Positions 56,320 through 64,000 of a stretch of DNA of 64,000 nucleotides are shown one piece after another (position 1 is the first letter of the stretch; the number at the start of each line of letters is the position of its first letter). The DNA is taken from positions 1,510,451-1,574,450 of the forward strand of contig CAVUPM010000001.1 of assembly GCA_963743355.1 (NCBI GenBank), given 5' to 3'. Origin of the DNA: an uncultured Candidatus Rokubacteria bacterium. GTDB lineage: Bacteria > Methylomirabilota > Methylomirabilia > Rokubacteriales > CSP1-6. The notes under the pieces were generated by a model. That model ran no database searches and was not told where the DNA came from. It saw nothing but the letters and a program-made list of their open reading frames with translations. The position numbers and the translations under genes are program-made.

Positions 56320-57287
56320 GCGCGGCCCCGCACGACCTCGCCCAGCAGGCCCTTGGGGCGGAAGATCAGGATCAGGATGAGGACCGAGAAGGCAAAGATG
56401 TCCTTGTACTCGGCGCCGAACGCCCCGCCCGTGAGCAGCGACATGTAGGACGCCGCGAAGGCCTCCAGCAGGCCGAGGACGAGCCCGCCCAGCATCGCGC
56501 CCGGGATATTGCCGATGCCGCCCAGCACCGCCGCCGTGAACGCCTTCAACCCCGGGATGAAGCCCGTGTAGGGATTGATGAGGCTGTACTGGATGCCGAA
56601 CAACACGCCGGCGGCGCCGCCCATGGCCCCGCCGATGAGGAACGTGAGGGAGATGATCCGGTTGACGTTGATGCCCATGAGGCTGGCCGCCGCCTGGTCC
56701 TCGGCCACCGCGCGGATGGCGGTGCCGATCTTCGTGCGGTTCACCAGCGCGTGCAGGCCCCACAGCATCGCCAGCGCGGCCACGATGACCACCAGTGACC
56801 GCACCGAGACGTCCATCGTGCTGGTCAGCTCGAAGCGGTGGTTCATCACGTCCATGGTGGGATAGACCAGGTTGAACGCGTTGCGCCAGATGGACTCGAA
56901 CAGCCGGATGGCGTCTTGAAGAAAGAACGACACGCCGATGGCCGAGATCAGGGGGATCAAGCGCGGCGCGCTCCGGAGCGGCCGGTAGGCGACCCGCTCG
57001 ACGGTGACGGCCAGCAGGCCGCTGGCCAGCATGCCCGCCAGGATCACGAGGATCAGCACGAGGACCCACGGCAGCCGGGCCAGCCAGCCGGCCGACTGCA
57101 GGGACAACAAGATCTCGACGCCGACGAACGCGCCGAAGATGAAGATCTCGGAGTGCGCGAAGTTGATGAACTCCAGCACCCCGTACACCATCGTGTAGCC
57201 CAGCGCGATCAGCGCATACATGAACCCCAGCAGTAGCCCGTCGAGCACGACCTGGGGGAAGATGGCGATGAGGAGTTCGTAGTCCAT
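56316..57287 (-). CDS. livH: branched-chain amino-acid ABC transporter permease LivH
   Basis: 323 aa. MDYELLIAIFPQVVLDGLLLGFMYALIALGYTMVYG is canonical. Confidence 0.9.
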   Translation of the reverse strand: MDYELLIAIFPQVVLDGLLLGFMYALIALGYTMVYGVLEFINFAHSEIFIFGAFVGVEILLSLQSAGWLARLPWVLVLILVILAGMLASGLLAVTVERVAYRPLRSAPRLIPLISAIGVSFFLQDAIRLFESIWRNAFNLVYPTMDVMNHRFELTSTMDVSVRSLVVIVAALAMLWGLHALVNRTKIGTAIRAVAEDQAAASLMGINVNRIISLTFLIGGAMGGAAGVLFGIQYSLINPYTGFIPGLKAFTAAVLGGIGNIPGAMLGGLVLGLLEAFAASYMSLLTGGAFGAEYKDIFAFSVLILILIFRPKGLLGEVVRGRA

Positions 57288-57296
57288 CGGAGGCTT

Positions 57297-57372
57297 GTGA
57301 GCGAGGTGGGGGGCACGGTCCGCCGCGACCTTGCCGCGGGGAGCGCCAGACCCTGCCCCCCACCTCGCTCAC
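57297..57372. promoter_or_regulatory. 19-bp perfect inverted repeat (GTGAGCGAGGTGGGGGGCA / TGCCCCCCACCTCGCTCAC) with a 38-nt loop, between livK and livH
   Basis: Direct reading. Candidate intra-operon attenuator or mRNA-stabilising stem-loop. Confidence 0.4.
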
Positions 57373-57388
57373 GCCCGGCGAGCGAGTG

Positions 57389-58588
57389 CTACTTCTTCGC
57401 GGCCGGGGCCGCGATCGTGAGCTGCTTGACGATCTTGTTGTCGCCCCACTTCTCGGGGTTCTCGCTGGCGACCTGGAGCACGAAGTAGAGCGCCTTCTGC
57501 CGGTCACCCTTGCCGTCGAACTCGATCTCGCCGGTGATGCCCTTGTGCTTCACCTTGCGGACCGCGACCGAGACGTCCTCCCGGCTCGGGACCTTGCCAC
57601 CCTTGGCGGCGGCCTCGATGGCCTTCAGTGCGATCGCCGTGGCGTCGTAGGCCTCGGCCGCGTACGGCTCGGGGTTCTTGCTGAACTTCTTCTTGAAGTT
57701 GTCCACGAACCCCTTGGCGCCGGCCAGCGCCGAGGCGGGGCCCGCCGCCGAGGTGTAGTACATGCCCACGACGGCCTTGCCGGCGATCTTGGTCAGGTCG
57801 GAAGAGTCCATGCCGTCGGGGCCCATGAACTTGGCCTTGATGCCCTTCTCGCTGGCCTGCTTGAAGAAGGGCGCGCCCTGGTCGTAGATGCCACCGAAGT
57901 AGATGAGGCTGGGATTCTTGGCCTTGATCGGCGTCAGGATCGCGTCGAAGTTCGACTTCTCCTCGGTGCCGTCGAAGCCGGCCACGGTGAGGCCCTTCTT
58001 CTTGGCGTCGTCGCGGAAGAACTCGGCCACGCCCTGCCCGTAGGTGGTCTTGTCGTGGACGATGTAGACGCTCTTGGCCTTCACGGTGCCGGCGGCGAAC
58101 TCCGAGCCCACCACGCCCTGCACGTCGTCACGGCCGCACACGCGGTTGATGTTCGGGTAGCCGCGGTCGGTGACAGTCGGGTTGGTGTTGGCCGGGGAGA
58201 TCATCGCGAGGTTGACTTCCTTGTAGACCTCCGACGACGGGATCGCGACGCCCGAGTTCAGGTGACCGATGACCGCCAGGATGTCCTTGTCCGCGATGAT
58301 GTTCTTGGAGTTGGCCACACCGACGTCGGGCTTGGCCTGGTCGTCGAACGGCACCAGCTCCACCTTGAAGCCGGCCTTCTCCAGATTGCCCTTGAACTTG
58401 TCGATGGCGAGCTGGGCGCCGAGCTTGATGCCCTCGCCGAGTGCCGCCTGGCCACCCGAGAGCGGGCTCTGGGTGGCGATCTTGATGGTGCCCTTGCCCT
58501 GGGCCTGAAGCGGGGAGGCCCCCGGCAGCAGGGCGACGGCCAGCGCCAGGCAGAGGACCAGGACGCCGCGGAGGTACTTCGAGTTCAT
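57389..58588 (-). CDS. livK: branched-chain amino-acid ABC transporter substrate-binding protein
   Basis: 399 aa with a signal peptide. Peripla_BP_6 fold (GTIKIATQSPLSGG...). Confidence 0.88.
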   Translation of the reverse strand: MNSKYLRGVLVLCLALAVALLPGASPLQAQGKGTIKIATQSPLSGGQAALGEGIKLGAQLAIDKFKGNLEKAGFKVELVPFDDQAKPDVGVANSKNIIADKDILAVIGHLNSGVAIPSSEVYKEVNLAMISPANTNPTVTDRGYPNINRVCGRDDVQGVVGSEFAAGTVKAKSVYIVHDKTTYGQGVAEFFRDDAKKKGLTVAGFDGTEEKSNFDAILTPIKAKNPSLIYFGGIYDQGAPFFKQASEKGIKAKFMGPDGMDSSDLTKIAGKAVVGMYYTSAAGPASALAGAKGFVDNFKKKFSKNPEPYAAEAYDATAIALKAIEAAAKGGKVPSREDVSVAVRKVKHKGITGEIEFDGKGDRQKALYFVLQVASENPEKWGDNKIVKQLTIAAPAAKK

Positions 58589-58613
58589 GGGAGCCTCCTT
58601 GAAAGTTGTCGAA

Positions 58614-59284
58614 TCAGGAATTTACGCGTCGCCAATTTATAGCGGCTGCCGGGGGGGCGGTCAAGCCCCGCGCCGCCTGGATCAGCGCGACGAAGCGCTC
58701 GGCCGCCGCCCGGGGGTCGTCGGCGGCGCCGACCGCCGAGATGACGGCGACGCCGTCGGCGCCGGCGCGGACGACCTCCTGCACGTTGTCGTGCGTGATC
58801 CCGCCGATGCCTATCAACGGAACACGGATCTCGCCGCGGAGTTTCCTTACCAGGTCGGGTCCCACCAGTTCGAAATCGGCCTTGCTCCGCGTGGCGAACA
58901 TCGAGCCCACCGCGATATAGTCAGCGCCGTCGGCCTGGGCCGCCCGCGCCTGGGCTACGCTGTGGGTGGAGATCCCGAGGATCATGCCGGGGCGCAGCAG
59001 CGGCCGGGCCACGCGGGCCGGCAGGTCGTCCTGCCCCAGGTGCACGCCGTCGGCACCGACCGCCAGGGCCAGGTCCACTCGGTCGTTGACGATGAAGGTC
59101 ACGCCGTCCGCGGCGCAGCGCGCCCGCAGGCGCTCGGCCAGCGGCAGCAGCCGGCCGGAAGGCCACTCCTTGTCGCGCAGCTGCACCATCCGGCAGCCGC
59201 CGGCCACGGCGGCGGCGAGCAGGTTGCCGAGGTCCCGGCCCCGGGCGGCGCCCCGGTCGAGGATCACGTAGAGCGACGGGTCCA

Positions 59285-59285
<1 letters not shown>
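58614..59285 (-). CDS. thiE: thiamine-phosphate synthase
   Basis: About 223 aa from MDPSLYVILDRG. GADGVHLGQDD and VPLIGIGGIT motifs. Start overlaps the accC stop. Confidence 0.85.
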
Positions 59286-60628
<1,343 letters not shown>

Positions 60629-60640
60629 GCCGGCGTCCGA

Positions 60641-61912
60641 CTACCCGCCCAGCACCCGGCGCCACTGGTGCTCGAGCTCGGCCAGTGACAGCCCGTACAC
60701 CGCCGGCACCGCGGCCGCGATCGGCTCGCCGCGGGCCAGGCGCGTCATGAGCTGTCGCGCGGCAGGCATGCCGCCGCGATCGAGCAGGTCCTGGACCACC
60801 CACAGCGCCACGTCGTAACCGGCCCGGGCGCGGCCCGGGTCGGCGTCGCCCAGCAGTGCCTCGACGCCGGTCAGCGTGGGCCGCCCTGGCACCCGCAGCA
60901 TCGGATCGGGCATGGCCCCCTCGAGGGCCTGGGCGAGGCCCTCGTGCAGCCAGCGCGGCGCCCGCCCGCGCGCGAGGTCGTGGATGGCGGCGTGCGCGTA
61001 CTCGTGCACGAGGATCCGCTCCAGCTCGCGGCGCGGCGGCAGCGCCCCGCCCGCCGGCAAGCGGATCTTGCCGTCGAAGAGACCAGTGACCCAGGCGTGC
61101 ACGCGCGCCACCTCCTGGAACTGGGCGGCGTCGTACAGGATGACCGTCACGCGCTCGCGCGGTGCTGCGCCGAGCTGCGCGATCACGCGCTCGCGGGCGG
61201 CGGTGAGCCCGGCCAGGAGCGCGCGCCGGGAGTCGGCGTCGACGGCCGCGCGCCACTTCACGACGAAGTGCGGCGTGACCTCGCGCTGGAAGCCGGCCTC
61301 GGCCCGGGCCTCGCGCTCCACCTTGTCCAGCAGGCGCCGCGCGGCCTCATTGGCGGGCTCTGTGCCGAGCGCCGCGCGCAGGTGCTCGAGGGCGCGGCCG
61401 GCGTCGTCGCGGCGATCATAGAGATGGGCGAGCAGTACGCGCACCTCAGCGTCGGCCTCGGTGCGTGCCGCCGCCTCCAGGGGCGCCAGCGCCTCCTCAG
61501 TCCGGCCCGCGTGCACCGCGGCCAGGCCGAGTCCGCGCAGCAGGGCGGGCGCGTCGGGGCTCTGGTGCAGCCCCTGGCGGAAGAGCAGCATCGCCTCCTC
61601 GGGGCGGCCCTCGCGCAGCGTGCTCCATCCCCAGCCCTCGAAGCATCGCGCGACGTCCTCGCGGCGGGCCGTGCTGGCCGGATCGCTCTCCCAGGCCCGG
61701 CTGAACCGCTCGCACGCGTGCGGGAACTGCCCGGCCGCGTAGAGACGGATCGCCTCGTGGGTGAGCGCCGTCAGCCGCGCGGCGGGCGTCACGGGCAGTC
61801 GCGGCACGTCCACCGGGAGGGGCGGGCGCGCACTCCACCAGCCGCCCACCGCCACCGCGACGAGGACGGCGGCCGGGGCCACGAGAGCGGACAGGCCGCG
61901 ACGCCGGATCAT
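60641..61912 (-). CDS. TPR-repeat protein with C-terminal peptidase-MA-like HExxH domain (HEYAHAAIHD ... HEGLA)
   Basis: About 423 aa from MIRRRGLSALVAPAAVLVAV, a signal or TM segment. The N-terminal half is TPR. The C-terminal half has a zincin-like motif. Confidence 0.6.
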   Translation of the reverse strand: MIRRRGLSALVAPAAVLVAVAVGGWWSARPPLPVDVPRLPVTPAARLTALTHEAIRLYAAGQFPHACERFSRAWESDPASTARREDVARCFEGWGWSTLREGRPEEAMLLFRQGLHQSPDAPALLRGLGLAAVHAGRTEEALAPLEAAARTEADAEVRVLLAHLYDRRDDAGRALEHLRAALGTEPANEAARRLLDKVEREARAEAGFQREVTPHFVVKWRAAVDADSRRALLAGLTAARERVIAQLGAAPRERVTVILYDAAQFQEVARVHAWVTGLFDGKIRLPAGGALPPRRELERILVHEYAHAAIHDLARGRAPRWLHEGLAQALEGAMPDPMLRVPGRPTLTGVEALLGDADPGRARAGYDVALWVVQDLLDRGGMPAARQLMTRLARGEPIAAAVPAVYGLSLAELEHQWRRVLGG

Positions 61913-61922
61913 GCGGCGAGCT

Positions 61923-62419
<497 letters not shown>

Positions 62420-62420
<1 letters not shown>

Positions 62421-62989
62421 CAGCCCGCCACCGCGACGCGCCCGAGGTAGTCGCCCGTCCGCGTGTCGACCTTCACGACGTCGCCCTCGTTGAGGAACAG
62501 CGGCACCTGGACGACGACGCCGGTCTCGAGCGTGGCCGGCTTGGTGCCGCCCTGGGCGGTATCGCCGCGCACGCCCGGATCGGTGCGGCTGATCGCCAGC
62601 TCGACGAAGTTCGGCACCTCGACGCCGGTCGGTGAGCCGTCGATGTACAGCACGTCGACCTCGACGTTCTCCTTGAGGTAGTCGCGGGCGTCGCCGACCT
62701 CCTCGGCCGACATCGACACCTGCTCGTAGGTCTCGGTGTCCATGAAGTTGTAGCGGTCGTCCTTGTACAGGAACTGCATGTGCTTCTCGTCGTACTCGAC
62801 CAGCTCCACCTTCTCGCCGGAGCGGAACGTGTTGTCGATCACCTTGCCCTGCCGCATGTGCTTGAGCTTGGTGCGCACGAACGCGCCGCCCTTGCCCGGC
62901 TTGACGTGCTGGAAATCGACGATGGCGTACGGTTGCCCGTCGAACACGATGCGCAGCCCCTTCTTGAACTCCGCGGTCGACACCTGCAT
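62420..62989 (-). CDS. efp: elongation factor P
   Basis: About 189 aa from [43 protein letters not shown]. The ORF extends upstream with junk. Confidence 0.9.
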
Positions 62990-62996
62990 GAGCTCT

Positions 62997-63680
62997 TCAC
63001 CCTCTCCGTCGTGAGCGGGCGCGCAGGGCGGCCTCCAGCCGCTCGCGGGCCTCGGCGTTGTCGGGCGACCGCCGGACGATGCGCGTGAGGACGAGCGCGG
63101 CCTCGTCGGCCAAGCCCTGCTCCAGGCACACCGTGCCGAAGGAGAGCGTGGCGAACGTGTCGTCACTCAACACCCGCGCCAGACCGGCGGCGTCCCCGGG
63201 GATGGCCGCGCCGGCGCGCAGCAGCGAGAGCAGCGCGTTCGACTCGCGATCGCCCGGATCCAGACCGACGGCCTTCTCGAGGTGGGCCACGGCGGCGTCG
63301 ATGCGGCCCGCGCGGCGGTGCACCTCGGCGGCCAGACGATGACATTGTACGTCCTTCGGGCTCGTCTGCAGAATCGCGTCGACCTCGGCCAGTGCCGGCT
63401 CGAGCTGCCCCTCGGCGAGCAGCGTCTTGGCCAGGATGAGCCGCGCGGTCGTGTAGTGCGGCCACCGGCGCAGCCCGTCACGGCAGAGCACGACGGCGTC
63501 GGCGGTACGGCCCGCCTTGCGGTAGAGATCGGCGAGCTGTGCGAAGGCCAGCGACTCGGGATCGCGCGCCAGCCGCTCCTCGTGGCGACGGATCGCCTCC
63601 GCCAGCACACGGTCGTCGGTCACGCCGTCTCCAGTCGCCACATGGCCCGGACTATACGGAGCCGTCGTTTTCGTTGTCAA
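62997..63680 (-). CDS. TPR-repeat protein
   Basis: 227 aa with several TPR-like helices (FAQLADLYRKAGRTADAVVLCRDGLRRWPHY). The start is uncertain. Confidence 0.5.
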   Translation of the reverse strand: MTTKTTAPYSPGHVATGDGVTDDRVLAEAIRRHEERLARDPESLAFAQLADLYRKAGRTADAVVLCRDGLRRWPHYTTARLILAKTLLAEGQLEPALAEVDAILQTSPKDVQCHRLAAEVHRRAGRIDAAVAHLEKAVGLDPGDRESNALLSLLRAGAAIPGDAAGLARVLSDDTFATLSFGTVCLEQGLADEAALVLTRIVRRSPDNAEARERLEAALRARSRRRG

Positions 63681-63730
63681 CGCCGCTCGACGTGCCTGGC
63701 GTCCGCTCGTCGGCGCACCGCCTCGACGCC

Positions 63731-64000
63731 TCAGGCGACGAGTTCGTCGAGCGCCGCCCGGACGTCGGCCGGCCGGACGTCGTAGACCACGCGGAAGTCG
63801 CCCAGGCGTGGCGACAGCACGAAGGGAACCCGGCCATCGCGAGCCTTCTTGTCGCGCGTGATCGCGGCCAGGACGGCCTCGGCGTCCACGGACGCGGCGC
63901 GGACGGGGAGCCCGACGGCCGCGAGGAGGGCCTCTTGCCGTGAGGCAGTTGCCGCATCGGTGAGGCCGAGGCGGCAGGCCAGCCTCGCCTCCGCGACGAT
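63731..64000 (-). CDS. aroB: 3-dehydroquinate synthase, C-terminal fragment (5' end outside window)
   Basis: The minus-strand translation ends ...TRDKKARDGRVPFVLSPRLGDFRVVYDVRPADVRAALDELVA*, the typical AroB C-terminus. Confidence 0.6.
   Translation of the reverse strand: MVAEARLACRLGLTDAATASRQEALLAAVGLPVRAASVDAEAVLAAITRDKKARDGRVPFVLSPRLGDFRVVYDVRPADVRAALDELVA

Overview
High-GC (~70%) bacterial chromosome segment. Positions 1-17241 (+ strand) carry the conserved str/S10/spc/alpha ribosomal-protein super-operon: fusA 3' end, tuf, rpsJ through rplQ, with secY, adk, map, infA, rpmJ and rpoA. The remainder is mostly minus-strand. It holds an MFS transporter, EthD and DLH genes, two tandem CNNM/CorC paralogs, thiL, trpG, trpE and trxA. 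A sigma54 enhancer-binding response regulator lies next to a predicted sigma54 promoter and an unknown gene. Next come hyuAB (ATP-dependent hydantoinase/oxoprolinase), a LysE exporter, a methyltransferase and a large membrane+TPR protein. A ~14-kb tightly overlapping (ATGA/GTGA) glycan-biosynthesis operon follows. It encodes rfbF and rfbG (CDP-glucose pathway), two TcaB9-like sugar C-methyltransferases, a Zn-ribbon methyltransferase, a Wzx flippase, GT2 and GT4 transferases, a CmcI-like methyltransferase, a DegT aminotransferase, a PhyH dioxygenase, a GNAT, a WbqC-GT2 fusion ORF and DUF2304. After it come a GT4/GT2 pair, MOSC, MaoC, a livKHMGF branched-chain amino-acid ABC operon, thiE, accC, a TPR/HExxH protein inserted between accB and accC, accB, efp, a TPR protein and the aroB 3' end. 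No rRNA, tRNA or CRISPR was seen. Two points stand out. (1) A ~150-nt multi-hairpin palindromic element sits between rplR and rpsE, and its 22-nt core recurs at ~28.35 kb. (2) There are many single-base frameshifts, including in essential genes (rplE, rplF, rpsE, secY, adk, map, rpsM). This points to indel sequencing or assembly errors rather than pseudogenes. All coordinates are read by eye and may be off by a few nt. No homology searches were possible.
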